A stretch of DNA of 64,000 nt from Nitrospirota bacterium (lineage in GTDB: Bacteria; Nitrospirota; Thermodesulfovibrionia; Thermodesulfovibrionales; Dissulfurispiraceae): the NCBI GenBank assembly GCA_963710375.1, contig CAVPZX010000005.1:352001-416000 (forward strand). The letters are read 5' to 3'. This document shows, in pieces, positions 1 to 10,574 of this stretch; position 1 is the stretch's first letter, and each line of letters starts with the position of its first letter. Both the position numbers and the translations under genes were made by a program. Under the pieces are notes generated by a model. It had not been told where the DNA came from and did no database searches. It saw only the letters and a list, made by a program, of their open reading frames with translations.

Positions 1-20
1 ACCGAGGATAACTATTTTTT

Positions 21-830
21 TCATAAAAGGAGCGTCATCCAGTATAGGACAGGTCCTGCAAAGAGTGCCCCATCTATTTTGTCAAGTAATCCCCCGTGAC
101 CCGGGATGATCGAGCCGGAATCTTTAATGTTTGCATCCCGCTTGAACATGGATTCGACGAGGTCTCCGGCAATGGTCACCGTCCCGATCACCCCCCCCAT
201 TACAAAAAGCTGAAACATTCCCTTATGGTCTAACAGCAGGGCTCCTAGAATGAGCGATGCAATGACGCCTCCGGCAACGGAACCGACAGCCCCGGCTATG
301 GTCTTGTTCGGGCTGACCGCACTATAAAGTTTTCTTTCCCCTATGCCCTTGCCCACATAGTAAGCCATGCTATCGGAAGCATAAACGCACCCGTACAAAA
401 ATAAAATCCATTCGTACCCCTCTAACCTCAAATACCACTGGGCCATTAAAAGGTTGGGAATATAAAAGATGCCGACGACAGCCGGCGCAATGTCTTTTAA
501 CGATGACAGAGGACCGCTTTTCGTAAAGAGCCTTACCAGCGCAATGAGCATAAATGTCAGTATAAAGGCACATGTCTGTGAGCTCATGTGAGAGTACGCC
601 ACTCCTGGAAAGTTCACCGGAATCAAGGGTGCGCATAGCGTTAAAATGCCGCCAAGCATTCCGCTCAGAGAGAGCAATCTGTTTGTTTTGTACATGGAAT
701 AAAATTCGGCCTGAGCAATGACGCTTACCAGGACCAGGAGGAAAAGGAAGTAAGTCGTGGAGAGTTTTGTAATATAAAAGTAGAACAGGGGCAGCGCAAT
801 GAGTGCAACAATGACTCTTTTCAGGTGCAT
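21..830 (-). CDS. cdsA: phosphatidate cytidylyltransferase
   Basis: Hydrophobic ORF with SPNKT..G and ESMFKRDANIKDSGSIIPGHGGLLDKID motifs; start set at ATG 830; follows uppS. Confidence 0.95.
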   Translation of the reverse strand: MHLKRVIVALIALPLFYFYITKLSTTYFLFLLVLVSVIAQAEFYSMYKTNRLLSLSGMLGGILTLCAPLIPVNFPGVAYSHMSSQTCAFILTFMLIALVRLFTKSGPLSSLKDIAPAVVGIFYIPNLLMAQWYLRLEGYEWILFLYGCVYASDSMAYYVGKGIGERKLYSAVSPNKTIAGAVGSVAGGVIASLILGALLLDHKGMFQLFVMGGVIGTVTIAGDLVESMFKRDANIKDSGSIIPGHGGLLDKIDGALFAGPVLYWMTLLL

Positions 831-834
831 AGTG

Positions 835-1590
835 TCAAACATCCCACGTGCCGGGCATTCCTGGAAATCTTTCAGCAAAGAGATTCCTCGAGTTCTCCAC
901 CTTGCCAAAGCGTCTGCTCCTTGTCCGGTATTCATGAATTGCATCGAGCAGTTCCTCCCTTGTGAAGTCAGGCCACAATGTATCGGTGAAATAGAATTCC
1001 GAATACGCCGACTGCCAAAGGAGAAAGTTGCTTAAGCGCTGTTCCCCGCTGGTCCTGATGATGAGGTCCGGGTCAGGGATTCCGGCTGTATCCAGCAGTC
1101 CGGCAATATAGTCTTCGGTGATTTCGTCCTGCCTGGCGCCCATTGCGACAGCTTTTTTTACGGCCCTTATGATTTCATCTCTTCCGCCGTAGCTTAGGGC
1201 GCACTGCAGAATAAGATTGCTGTTGTTTCTGGTCTCTTGTTCCACTACCTCGACAAAAGCCCTGATAGTCTCGGGGAGTTTGTCACGGTTACCGACAATC
1301 CTGAGACGCACGCCCTCTTTCATGAAACTTTCGAATTCTTTTTTCAGTGTGGATTCAAGGAGTTGCATGATGACAGCGACCTCTTCCTCCGGCCGCATCC
1401 AGTTCTCTATGGAAAAGGCATATAGAGAGAGGACCTCCACTCCAACTTCTTTTACCGCCTCCACTATTTCGTGCACCCTTTCGACGCCCCGCTTGTGGCC
1501 TTCAGACCGCGGCAGTCCTCTCAGCTCCGCCCATCTGCCGTTACCGTCCATGATGATGCCTATGTGTTTAGGCATTTCTTTTCCCTCCAA
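835..1590 (-). CDS. uppS: undecaprenyl diphosphate synthase
   Basis: HIGIIMDGNGRWA and PDLIIRTSGEQRLSNFLLWQ motifs. Confidence 0.97.
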   Translation of the reverse strand: MEGKEMPKHIGIIMDGNGRWAELRGLPRSEGHKRGVERVHEIVEAVKEVGVEVLSLYAFSIENWMRPEEEVAVIMQLLESTLKKEFESFMKEGVRLRIVGNRDKLPETIRAFVEVVEQETRNNSNLILQCALSYGGRDEIIRAVKKAVAMGARQDEITEDYIAGLLDTAGIPDPDLIIRTSGEQRLSNFLLWQSAYSEFYFTDTLWPDFTREELLDAIHEYRTRSRRFGKVENSRNLFAERFPGMPGTWDV

Positions 1591-1619
1591 ATACGCCTCT
1601 CCAGCCCCACATCAGGAAC

Positions 1620-3323
1620 TCAGCGCCCCTTGAGCGAATATATATATAGTGAGGAACCGAAGGGATTTTCTCCCTTGAATACCTTCATTACTCCGCTGCT
1701 GATGGTAGACCCTGACAGAACTATCAGCCGGTCTCCTACTACGTCATAATCAAGCAAGTCTCCGCCTGCATTTTCAAGAAAATTCCTCTCCTCAATCGTA
1801 GAGCCGTTCCACCATAAGCCCTTTATCGAAGATCCCCAATATCCGAGTCCTCTTGCCATACCAAAGAGCGGTTGGCGTTTCGGCGCAAGAAGTTCATTGT
1901 TGGAGATCAGCAGCCTGTCTTTTACAGACCATTTCCCCCTATCGACAACCATATCCGTACCCGCTTTGTCAAAGGTTGTCGAGAAGCCACCGAAATCCTC
2001 TTTTCCCACCCATAGACGGATGCCATCGCTATTATATATGTGTAAAAAGCCCTTTTCGTCCCATGCAGCAACTGACTGCTTCCCCTCGGGTGACTTGAAA
2101 AGCTGGAAGTCGTAAATATTGACGCCGTCAGGAAGCTTGAGAATCTTTCCCTTTTGAAAGGTGTTGCCTTTAAGGTTAAAAAAGTAAACAGGCCCATCGT
2201 AACCGTCGCCTTTACTGAAGTCCTGTGCGATTGCCTGGTTGCCGATCTTCCTTAAAAACTTGTCTTTTATTTTAAACAACGGCACATAAGATGAATCCTT
2301 AAATTCATAAATAAATGAAACTACCTCGTCTCCGCGCAAGGCGGTAATGAGTATCTCGTCTTTGCCGTCTTTATTAATATCCAGAGTGTCCATCCAGATA
2401 ATCTCGTTGGCGGGAACACTAAATTCTTCTAGAGCTTTAAGATCCACTCCTTGCCTGTAAATTCGTATCTCGTTGCCGTAAGCGAGCGCTATCTCCATGT
2501 CGCCATTGCCTGCCAGATCGCCTGTCGCCAAGCGGTCTGCCTTAAATGGCAAATGAAAAGAGACCAGTATTTCTCCCTCCCTGGGTATGAAAAGGCCTGA
2601 CCTGAGTCTCAGGTCTTTAACGCTGCTTACGTCTGCTTTAACCTCTTTTGCCGCAAACTCCTTGCTGTCCGCAACCCAAAAAAGCTTCTGTTTGAATGTC
2701 ACCTCACCTGCCGAGGTTTCAGAGGTCAATACCAATGCTGCATCAGCGCCTTTGGTTTTTGCATCGGCCAATATTTTGGCAATATCAGTAGTCTCATTAT
2801 CCGTATCAATTAGTTCAAAACGATGCGATTCTTTAAGCATCTGGTAGTAAGCGTCGCCAAAAGACCAATCTATATCACCCTGGTAAAACAGCATTCTGAC
2901 TTTGGTAGCCGGAATCTTGAGTCTTGCGTCTGCAAAATGCGCAGGGTCGCCCTTAAGAATAACTGCTGAAGCACCGCGTTCCGTAACCGAGGTGACTTCA
3001 ACGGCTCCTAACGGGAGTTCTATTTTTCCGAGCGGCTCTTTGGTTACCGGGTGAATAAATGTCGCGCCTTCTTTGAAAGCGGCAAACCGCATGCCCTTTT
3101 TCACGGATTCCTGGGACCCGGGTTCGATTTTCACCACGTTACCTTTAACAGAGACAACCTTTCCTGCAACAGGGTTGAAGTAAGAGATAGTCTGGTCCAT
3201 CAATAGTTTCAGCGCGGCATCCGCTTCGTTCTGAACAGCGTCTTGCCCGCTAAAGCCGGGTTGTGCAAAAAGAAGCAAAAGAGATAATGATAAGAGCACG
3301 GTCGCCCCTATTTTTTGGACCAT
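1620..3323 (-). CDS. exported protein with FG-GAP/VCBS-like repeats
   Basis: Signal peptide; GDLAGNGDMEI and DINKDGKDEI repeat-like motifs. Confidence 0.6.
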   Translation of the reverse strand: MVQKIGATVLLSLSLLLLFAQPGFSGQDAVQNEADAALKLLMDQTISYFNPVAGKVVSVKGNVVKIEPGSQESVKKGMRFAAFKEGATFIHPVTKEPLGKIELPLGAVEVTSVTERGASAVILKGDPAHFADARLKIPATKVRMLFYQGDIDWSFGDAYYQMLKESHRFELIDTDNETTDIAKILADAKTKGADAALVLTSETSAGEVTFKQKLFWVADSKEFAAKEVKADVSSVKDLRLRSGLFIPREGEILVSFHLPFKADRLATGDLAGNGDMEIALAYGNEIRIYRQGVDLKALEEFSVPANEIIWMDTLDINKDGKDEILITALRGDEVVSFIYEFKDSSYVPLFKIKDKFLRKIGNQAIAQDFSKGDGYDGPVYFFNLKGNTFQKGKILKLPDGVNIYDFQLFKSPEGKQSVAAWDEKGFLHIYNSDGIRLWVGKEDFGGFSTTFDKAGTDMVVDRGKWSVKDRLLISNNELLAPKRQPLFGMARGLGYWGSSIKGLWWNGSTIEERNFLENAGGDLLDYDVVGDRLIVLSGSTISSGVMKVFKGENPFGSSLYIYSLKGR

Positions 3324-3440
3324 TAAATTAATCCTCCGGATTTTAGATGGATTGCAGTACGGGATGCCATTTTTTTATCGCACATTCAGTATAAAACAGT
3401 TTAAAATATAGGCTATTGAGAAGTCAAAGCCACTACCACA

Positions 3441-3546
3441 AAGTGAAAGGTGAATGGTGAATAGTGAATAGTGAACGGCTCAAGGCAAAACACAAAAAAA
3501 TCTTTAGCTTTTAACCATTCACTATTCACTATTCACCTTTCACCTT
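3441..3546. repeat. inverted short-tandem-repeat hairpin, 7-bp unit GTGAATA
   Basis: AAGTGAAAGGTGAATGGTGAATAGTGAATAGTGAAC ... CATTCACTATTCACTATTCACCTTTCACCTT. Confidence 0.9.
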
Positions 3547-3591
3547 CCATAATCTTGACTAATAAGGGCGGCAAAGGGTTAAATATAAGAT

Positions 3592-4347
3592 ATGGTAAAA
3601 ATCAAGACGTTAGCTTTTTTTATACTTATCATTGTTCTCACTGCGGCGGTTAGCGGGTGTGGCGGGAAGCAAGTTACGAAAGATGAAGACTTCAATTCGG
3701 AGAAATTTCTGGCCAAGGCAAATACACTTATTGATAAAGGTGAGTATGATGAGGCACGAAAGTTATTGCTTGAGGTAAAGAACAGGGACATAACAAAACA
3801 GTATGCTCCACTCGCGCAGTTGAGGATTGCCGATTCATATATAAGGGACAGCGACCCGGACCACGGGATCGAGGAATACAGAAAATTTCTTGATCTCTAT
3901 CCCGATAACCAGCGGGCATCATTTGCCCAGTACCAGATTGCCATGGCTTACTTCTCACAGATTGAAGGCGCTGACAGGGGGCTCAGCGCTGCACAGAAGG
4001 CCCTGCATGAATTTATCCGCTTAAAAGAAGTGTATCCGCGGAATCCTTACAGGGATATTATAGAACTTAGGGTCCAGAAGTGCAGGAAGGTCATAGCGGA
4101 AGGCGAGTTTATTGTCGGAGAATTCTACTATAAAAAGGAATCATATAAACCGGCAATAGACAGGTTTGAGCATCTGCTCAAGCAATTCCCCGATTATGAC
4201 GGGACCGATAAAACACTTCTTTTTTTAGGTAAATCATACAAGGCCATTAAAATGGTAGACAAGGCACGGGAGGAATTTAAAACACTCATCGAAAAGTATC
4301 CATCGAGCAGGTTTGTTAAAGAAGCCAGGAAGGGCCTCCAGGGTTAG
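3592..4347 (+). CDS. bamD: outer membrane protein assembly factor BamD
   Basis: Lipobox VSGC, TPR helices, GEFYYKKESYKPAIDRF. Confidence 0.9.
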   Translation: MVKIKTLAFFILIIVLTAAVSGCGGKQVTKDEDFNSEKFLAKANTLIDKGEYDEARKLLLEVKNRDITKQYAPLAQLRIADSYIRDSDPDHGIEEYRKFLDLYPDNQRASFAQYQIAMAYFSQIEGADRGLSAAQKALHEFIRLKEVYPRNPYRDIIELRVQKCRKVIAEGEFIVGEFYYKKESYKPAIDRFEHLLKQFPDYDGTDKTLLFLGKSYKAIKMVDKAREEFKTLIEKYPSSRFVKEARKGLQG

Positions 4348-4354
4348 CAGCACG

Positions 4355-5011
4355 GTGGATCATCATTACTATCCTGCCTTTATAGATCTGAGAGGGAAAC
4401 ATTGTATTGTTGTCGGTGGCGGAAAAGTAGCTGAAAGAAAGGTTGCCGCTCTGCTTCGTTCAGGGGCCAAGGTCACCGTGATAAGCCCTATTGTAACCGG
4501 TGTGCTTGCAGATCATTGCGAGAGTAAGCGCATAAAACATATAAAAAGGAAGTACCGGAAGGGTGACCTTGAAGATGCTTTTATTGTTATTGCCGCTGCA
4601 TCCGACAGGAGGGTAAACCAGGAGGTTTCCCTTGATGCGCCGTTCCTTTTGAACGTAGTCGATGCTCCTGAGCTGGCCAACTTTATTGTGCCTTCAGTTG
4701 TAAAAAGGGGACCACTGGCCCTCGCTGTGTCTACATCCGGCTCCAGCCCTGCGCTCGCAAAAAGTATCAGAAAGGAGCTGGAAGTGTTCTACGGTAAACA
4801 GTTTGGTCTATTCGTAGATTTCCTGGGGAAGCAGCGGAAAAAGACACTCATTAATATTGCGGACGATGGTATAAGAGAACGTCTTATGAAACAAATCGCC
4901 ACGCCTGAGATGCTCGGGCTGCTCAGAAAAGAGGGGTTTAAGACTACGAGGAACCTAATCTTGAAAATAATAAAAGGGCAAAGGTCGAATACTGCAAAAT
5001 GCTCAAGGTAG
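4355..5011 (+). CDS. precorrin-2 dehydrogenase/sirohydrochlorin ferrochelatase (SirC/CysG N-terminal type)
   Basis: YYPAFIDL, VVGGGKVAERK, AVSTSGSSPALA motifs. Confidence 0.9.
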   Translation: MDHHYYPAFIDLRGKHCIVVGGGKVAERKVAALLRSGAKVTVISPIVTGVLADHCESKRIKHIKRKYRKGDLEDAFIVIAAASDRRVNQEVSLDAPFLLNVVDAPELANFIVPSVVKRGPLALAVSTSGSSPALAKSIRKELEVFYGKQFGLFVDFLGKQRKKTLINIADDGIRERLMKQIATPEMLGLLRKEGFKTTRNLILKIIKGQRSNTAKCSR

Positions 5012-5922
5012 GAGTAATAGGAGTAGGGTACCTGGGACAGCACCATGCCCGTATTTTTGCAGAACTCGAGGATGTCAGGATGGTTGCCGTTGCCGACACG
5101 GACGGAGAGCGGGCCGGTGAGGTTGCGGTAAAGTACGGGTGCAAAGCATATACCGATTATCGGAAACTACTTGACGAAGTGGATGCTGTGAGCATTGTCA
5201 CTCCTACTACACTTCATTATGCGGTGGCAATGGATTGTATAATGGCCGGCAAGGATGTCCTCATCGAAAAGCCTATTACTGCCACGATAGAGGAAGCAGA
5301 CCGGCTCATTGCAGCATCCGACAAGACAGGAATGCTTATCCAGGTGGGTCATCTGGAGCGGTTTAATCCGGTTGTGCCAGCGCTGTACCCCTTACTGGAT
5401 TCTCCGTCATTTATCGAAGCGGAGCGCTTGTCTCCATTTCAGGGGAGAGGGATTGATGTGGATATTACTCTTGACCTTATGATCCATGATATTGACGTGG
5501 TGCTTTCAATAATGGGCGAAAGCGTTGTGAAAGATGTGAAAGCTGCGGGCGCAAAGTTTATTACTGATACAATCGACATGGCAAAGGTCTGGCTTGAGTT
5601 TTCTAACGGCGCCCATGCACTGCTTGCGGCAAGCAGGATGGCATCCGACAAATCGAGGAAGCTCACTGTTTTTCAAAAGGATTCATATCTTGTAATGGAC
5701 TACCAGCAAATGGAGATAAAAAAATTTTTCAGGCGGGGAGATGAGATTGTGAGCGATTCCATTTCGATTGAGAAGAGGGAGCCGCTCAAAGAGGAGCTGA
5801 AAGATTTTGTGAAATGTGTCGGCAACAGGAGCAGGCCGGCTGTATGCGCCATAAAAGGGCGCAATGCCTTAAAGATTGCTCTTGAGGCAGGGGCACAGAT
5901 AAAACAGGGGTGGCAACGTTAA
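4999..5922 (+). CDS. gnnA: Gfo/Idh/MocA oxidoreductase, probable UDP-GlcNAc 3-dehydrogenase
   Basis: GVIGVGYLG, EKP, GHLERFNP, DLMIHDID; adjacent to a DegT aminotransferase and lpxB. Confidence 0.75.
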   Translation: MLKVGVIGVGYLGQHHARIFAELEDVRMVAVADTDGERAGEVAVKYGCKAYTDYRKLLDEVDAVSIVTPTTLHYAVAMDCIMAGKDVLIEKPITATIEEADRLIAASDKTGMLIQVGHLERFNPVVPALYPLLDSPSFIEAERLSPFQGRGIDVDITLDLMIHDIDVVLSIMGESVVKDVKAAGAKFITDTIDMAKVWLEFSNGAHALLAASRMASDKSRKLTVFQKDSYLVMDYQQMEIKKFFRRGDEIVSDSISIEKREPLKEELKDFVKCVGNRSRPAVCAIKGRNALKIALEAGAQIKQGWQR

Positions 5923-7019
5923 TGAAACCTATGATTGATTTAAAAAAACAGTACCTGGGGGTCAAAGATGAAATCCTCCATACGGTAAATGAAATACTCG
6001 AGAGCTCACAATACATACTGGGCAAAAAAGTTTCTGAGCTTGAGACTGAGGTCAGGAGCTACCACGGGGTGAAGGAGGCTATCGGCGTTGCTTCCGGCAC
6101 AGATGCCCTCCACCTTTCATTGAAGTCTCTTGGAGTGGGGCCCGGAGATGAGGTCATCACAAGTCCCTTTACTTTTTTTGCCACTGTTGAGGCGATTTTA
6201 TACACCGGCGCAAAGCCGGTTTTCGCCGATATCGAGGCAGATACATACAATATTAATCCGTCGCTCATAGAGAAAAAAATAACGAAACATACGAAGGCAA
6301 TTCTACCGGTCCATATCTTCGGACATCCTGCCGGTATGGAAGAAATTATGGAGATTGCTGAAGGCAGCGGACTGAAGGTGGTGGAAGATTGCGCCCAGTC
6401 TTTCGGCGCTTCATTGAACGGCAGAAGAACAGGAAGCTTTGGTGATGCCGGATGTTTCAGCTTCTATCCGAGCAAAAATCTTGGCGCCTTCGGAGACGGA
6501 GGGATGATTGTCCTGAACAACGCGGAAGCCGCCGGTACAATAAGGATTTTGAGGAACCACGGCTCCAAGGGCGGCTACCGGCATGAGTGTCTCGGCTACA
6601 ATAGCAGGCTTGACGAAATACAGGCAGGAATTCTTCTTATCAAGTTGAGGAAGATCGACGAGTACAACAGCAGGAGGCGCGAGAACGCTTATCTCTATAA
6701 CCGGTTGCTTGCCGGCAGCGTTGTCTGCCCTGTAGAGCGGCCAGGCGCATTACATGTATACCACCAGTATACGATCAGGAGTGGGCGGCGGGACCATATC
6801 CAGCAGCGGTTGAAGGAGCAGGGGACCGCATCTGTCGTCTATTACCCCATACCTCTACATATGCAGAAGGCCCTGGAATTTTTGGGCCACGGTGAAGGAA
6901 GTTTTCCTGTGGCAGAGCAGGTTTCAAAGGAAGTACTCTCGCTGCCCATGTATCCGGAGCTTGATGCCGCGGATATACACCATGCCGCAGACATAATCCT
7001 CGCATGCTTGAAAGAATAA
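5910..7019 (+). CDS. gnnB: DegT/DnrJ/EryC1/StrS aminotransferase, probable GnnB
   Basis: EDCAQS and SFYPSKNLGAFGDGG PLP motifs; lipid A operon context. Confidence 0.75.
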   Translation: MATLMKPMIDLKKQYLGVKDEILHTVNEILESSQYILGKKVSELETEVRSYHGVKEAIGVASGTDALHLSLKSLGVGPGDEVITSPFTFFATVEAILYTGAKPVFADIEADTYNINPSLIEKKITKHTKAILPVHIFGHPAGMEEIMEIAEGSGLKVVEDCAQSFGASLNGRRTGSFGDAGCFSFYPSKNLGAFGDGGMIVLNNAEAAGTIRILRNHGSKGGYRHECLGYNSRLDEIQAGILLIKLRKIDEYNSRRRENAYLYNRLLAGSVVCPVERPGALHVYHQYTIRSGRRDHIQQRLKEQGTASVVYYPIPLHMQKALEFLGHGEGSFPVAEQVSKEVLSLPMYPELDAADIHHAADIILACLKE

Positions 7020-8167
7020 TGATAATCGCAGGCGAAAGCTCCGGAGAATTATACGGGGCCCTGCTTGCGAAGATGCTCCTGTCTCGCAATCCGGGGCTGC
7101 GCATCTCAGGTGTCGGCGGAGAGAGAATGGAGTCCGCAGGTGTGGAACTCATATCGGTAATATCGAGTTCTTTCGGCCTTATTGAAGCGATCAGGACATT
7201 CGGTAAAATTAAAAAGACGTTTAAGAAGATAGTTGCCGCATTAACATCTTTTGCCCCTCAGGTGGTTGTGCTGATAGATTATCCGGATTTCAACATTCCT
7301 GTTGCCCGTGAAGCCAAAAGACGGGGGATAAAAGTACTTTATTATGTGAGCCCCCAAGTCTGGGCATGGAGAATCGGGAGGGTTGCGACCATCGGCAAAC
7401 TTGTTGATGCAATGGCGGTAATACTCCCTTTCGAGGCGGAGCTGTACCGGAGTACAGGTATCCCATGCGAATTCGTGGGACACCCGGTAATGGATGAGAT
7501 TGCCGGGGTGGCAGGAAATTCAGATTCAATAAAGGCGGAACTTGGGCTGCAGCCTGACCGGCCGGTTATGGCATTGATGCCTGGGAGCAGGCCGCACGAG
7601 GTGCAAAAACTGCTGCCGTTAATGGCAGCCGCCGCCGCTGCAATGAAAGAGCGTTCCCCCGAATATCAGTTCGTGATGCCGGTTGCGCCGAATCTGGGCA
7701 CTGAAGCCTTATCTGTGATGACCAATGAATTAAAGGAATTTGATCCTCACTCATTAGTCATCACTGACCAGGCGGTTAAAGCACTCCTTTCCGCTGACAT
7801 CGCCCTCATTGCATCCGGCACAGCTACATTGCAGGCAGCGCTTTTGGGCGTACCCATGGTGGTCCTGTACAAGTTGTCTGCCTTTACATACTTTGTGGGT
7901 AAGCTTGTCGTCAAAGTGAATTATGTTTCCCTGGCAAATATTCTTCTCGATAAATCGGTCCGGGATGACTCAGGGCTGAGGATCAGGGAATTATTGCAGG
8001 GAGCGGCAAATAAAAAAAATATTATGGAGGAGCTTGTACATCTGTCGGATAGTCAGGAATATAGAAATGCCATGATTTCACAAATGGAAAAGGTGAGGGC
8101 GTTTTTCCTTAACAGAAATGCGTCGCTGAGAGTTGCCGAAATGGTTGAACAGTTATCCAATGTTTAA
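7004..8167 (+). CDS. lpxB: lipid-A-disaccharide synthase
   Basis: AGESSGE, IDYPDFN, YYVSPQVWAWR, PGSR motifs. Confidence 0.96.
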   Translation: MLERIMIIAGESSGELYGALLAKMLLSRNPGLRISGVGGERMESAGVELISVISSSFGLIEAIRTFGKIKKTFKKIVAALTSFAPQVVVLIDYPDFNIPVAREAKRRGIKVLYYVSPQVWAWRIGRVATIGKLVDAMAVILPFEAELYRSTGIPCEFVGHPVMDEIAGVAGNSDSIKAELGLQPDRPVMALMPGSRPHEVQKLLPLMAAAAAAMKERSPEYQFVMPVAPNLGTEALSVMTNELKEFDPHSLVITDQAVKALLSADIALIASGTATLQAALLGVPMVVLYKLSAFTYFVGKLVVKVNYVSLANILLDKSVRDDSGLRIRELLQGAANKKNIMEELVHLSDSQEYRNAMISQMEKVRAFFLNRNASLRVAEMVEQLSNV

Positions 8168-9419
8168 TTCTTTATATAGCGCTTTCTATGCTGCGGCACT
8201 GGCCTTCCTGCTCCCACTGGAATATTTAAAGCGATCATCTGAATTTCGGAAGCGATGGCTGAGGGAACGCTTCGGCCTTTATAAGGGGAATAGGTTTAAC
8301 GGCCGGCCTATCTGGATCCACGCAGTTTCAGTTGGAGAAGTCATTGCAACCGTCCCGCTTATCGAAAAGATTAAACAGAGACATCCTTCACTTGAAATTC
8401 TCATTTCAACGGTTACCGACACCGGGCAGCAGGTTGCCCTGGAGCGGGCAGGGGCTTATGCTCGAATTATTTATGTGCCTTTTGACCTGCCTTTCGCTAT
8501 TAAGAATGCCCTGCATCATATCCGGCCGTCTGCCTTTATCATAATGGAGACAGAGTTGTGGCCCAATGTTATCAGGATTATGAAAGATAGCGATGTTCCT
8601 GTGATACTGATGAACGGCAGATTGTCCGAACGTTCATATAATGGTTATAAAAAACTCGATTTCTTTATCGGAAAAGTTCTCCTGAACATCAGTCTTCTCT
8701 GCGTGCAGGATGATATCTACGCCGGGCGATTCGGGAATCTTGGCGCGTTACCTGAGCGGATAAAGATCATCGGCAGTTTCAAGTTTGATACACGGCCCTC
8801 TTCAGATATTCCGGAATGGACTGAAGCACTCCGCGGTCCTGTTATAATTGCAGGAAGCACGCACGAGACCGAAGAGGAACTGGTGCTCGATGCCTATATA
8901 CGGTTAAAAGCTTACGAGCCCGGCCTTAATCTTATTATTGCTCCAAGACATCCCGGGCGTTTCAGGACTGTGGAGGAACTGGTAAAGAAAAAGGGCCTGC
9001 AATATGTGAAGCGATCGGAGTTCGCAAATAGTCAGGACTCTCAGGCTTCCGGGCTCGTCGTCATCCTCGACGTTATCGGGGAGTTGTCTGCCCTGTATGG
9101 CGCTGCCGATATTGCGGTCATGGGGGGGAGTTTTATCGAACACGGGGGTCAGAATCCTCTGGAGCCGGCGTTCTGGGGAAAAGCTATTGTATGCGGCCCC
9201 CATATGGAAAACTTTCCTTTTATGGAGGAGTTTTATTCGTGTAGAGGAGCGGTCAGGGCAGAAGGCCCCCGACTTTATAATGTCCTGAAAGAGCTGCTCG
9301 ATTCACCCGAACAAATGCGGAGTATGGGAAGCATTGCAAAGAAACTCTACGAGAAGAACTCAGGCGCTACAGAAAGGGCAATGGAACTAATAGAAAAATA
9401 TATAGGCAATGGGCAATAG
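8160..9419 (+). CDS. waaA: Kdo transferase
   Basis: WIHAVSVGE, ETELWPN, GGQNPLEPA motifs. Confidence 0.96.
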   Translation: MFNSLYSAFYAAALAFLLPLEYLKRSSEFRKRWLRERFGLYKGNRFNGRPIWIHAVSVGEVIATVPLIEKIKQRHPSLEILISTVTDTGQQVALERAGAYARIIYVPFDLPFAIKNALHHIRPSAFIIMETELWPNVIRIMKDSDVPVILMNGRLSERSYNGYKKLDFFIGKVLLNISLLCVQDDIYAGRFGNLGALPERIKIIGSFKFDTRPSSDIPEWTEALRGPVIIAGSTHETEEELVLDAYIRLKAYEPGLNLIIAPRHPGRFRTVEELVKKKGLQYVKRSEFANSQDSQASGLVVILDVIGELSALYGAADIAVMGGSFIEHGGQNPLEPAFWGKAIVCGPHMENFPFMEEFYSCRGAVRAEGPRLYNVLKELLDSPEQMRSMGSIAKKLYEKNSGATERAMELIEKYIGNGQ

Positions 9420-9503
9420 GCAATAGGTAAAGGCTATGAATACAGAAAATAAAAAACAATTTTTTATCTTTTGCCTATCGCCTATTGCCTATCGCCTATC
9501 GCC
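9403..9503. repeat. inverted short-tandem-repeat hairpin, 7-bp unit AGGCAAT
   Basis: TAGGCAATGGGCAATAGGCAATAGG ... GCCTATCGCCTATTGCCTATCGCCTATCGCC; left arm contains the waaA stop. Confidence 0.9.
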
Positions 9504-9515
9504 GGGTTTCATTCG

Positions 9516-10574
9516 ATGACACCGCTGGAGTTTTTATATTTCATCGGCTATATACTTAAAAAACGGCGCAGTTTAAGTCTCCAGAGAAGCCTTCCGAATG
9601 CTGTAATCAGCATAGGCAACATTACTGTCGGCGGGACTGGAAAGACGCCTGCGACCATAGCAGTTGCCCAGGAGTCTATAAAGAGGGGCTTTAGTCCTGT
9701 AATCCTGACGAGAGGATACAGGGGAAGGGTTAAAGGACCGTGTGTTGTCTCCAGTGATAAGCTGCCTGCCGGTAGTTTCATGGGAAATCCGCTTTCGGTT
9801 ATACATACTGTTAAAGACGGCGGTGATGAGCCGGTGCTTATGGCGGAACGACTCAAGGGTGTGCCTGTTATAAAATCGGCAAGCAGATACGAAGGGGGGA
9901 TTTTTGCCCTTCAATCTTTTTTATCCAATCCGGCAGAGCCTTTTATATTTATTCTTGACGATGGTTTCCAGCACTGGGGCCTTCACCGTGATATCAATAT
10001 TGTTCTTGTCAACGGTCTTAATCCTTTCGGCAACAGGAAGATGCTCCCGCTCGGGATATTGAGGGAGCCGCTGGGAGAATTGAAGCGTGCCGACATTTTT
10101 GTAATAACCAGATGCCGTGATGAGCGGCTGGCTGATGAACTCAGGGATGCTTGGCCGGGAAAGCCTGTCTATTTTTCGGAATACAGGGTTGTCAGGGCCA
10201 TTAACAAGGCGGCAGCCGAATTGCCGCTGGAAGCGCTCAGGAATAAACGTGTGTTTGCTTTTTGCGGTATAGCGCATCCGGAATCTTTCAGGCAGACACT
10301 TGCGTCTCTGTCATTGCTCCCTGCCGGATTCAAGGCGTATAGAGACCATTATTTTTATACACCTAAGGACTTGCATAATCTGCAGCGGCAAAGCAAGGGG
10401 CTTCAGTGCGATGTGCTGCTGACAACCGAAAAGGATATGATCAAGCTCAAAGAATTGAAAATTCCGGATACTGTTTTCAGTCTGGAGATGGAGTGGAACA
10501 CAGACCCTGCCTTTTATGATGAGGTGTTCAGCAGAATCGAAAAGGAAAGAGAGAAAGGTAAAGGTATAGGTTAA
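9516..10574 (+). CDS. lpxK: tetraacyldisaccharide 4'-kinase
   Basis: GNITVGGTGKTP, GDEP, DDGFQH, TTEKD motifs; start at ATG 9516. Confidence 0.96.
   Translation: MTPLEFLYFIGYILKKRRSLSLQRSLPNAVISIGNITVGGTGKTPATIAVAQESIKRGFSPVILTRGYRGRVKGPCVVSSDKLPAGSFMGNPLSVIHTVKDGGDEPVLMAERLKGVPVIKSASRYEGGIFALQSFLSNPAEPFIFILDDGFQHWGLHRDINIVLVNGLNPFGNRKMLPLGILREPLGELKRADIFVITRCRDERLADELRDAWPGKPVYFSEYRVVRAINKAAAELPLEALRNKRVFAFCGIAHPESFRQTLASLSLLPAGFKAYRDHYFYTPKDLHNLQRQSKGLQCDVLLTTEKDMIKLKELKIPDTVFSLEMEWNTDPAFYDEVFSRIEKEREKGKGIG

Noticed and set aside
9471..9515. N-terminal extensions of lpxK, the response regulator (12813) and the USP (60971) in the ORF track
   Set aside because: They read through repeat or MITE sequence; downstream ATGs fit the families better.
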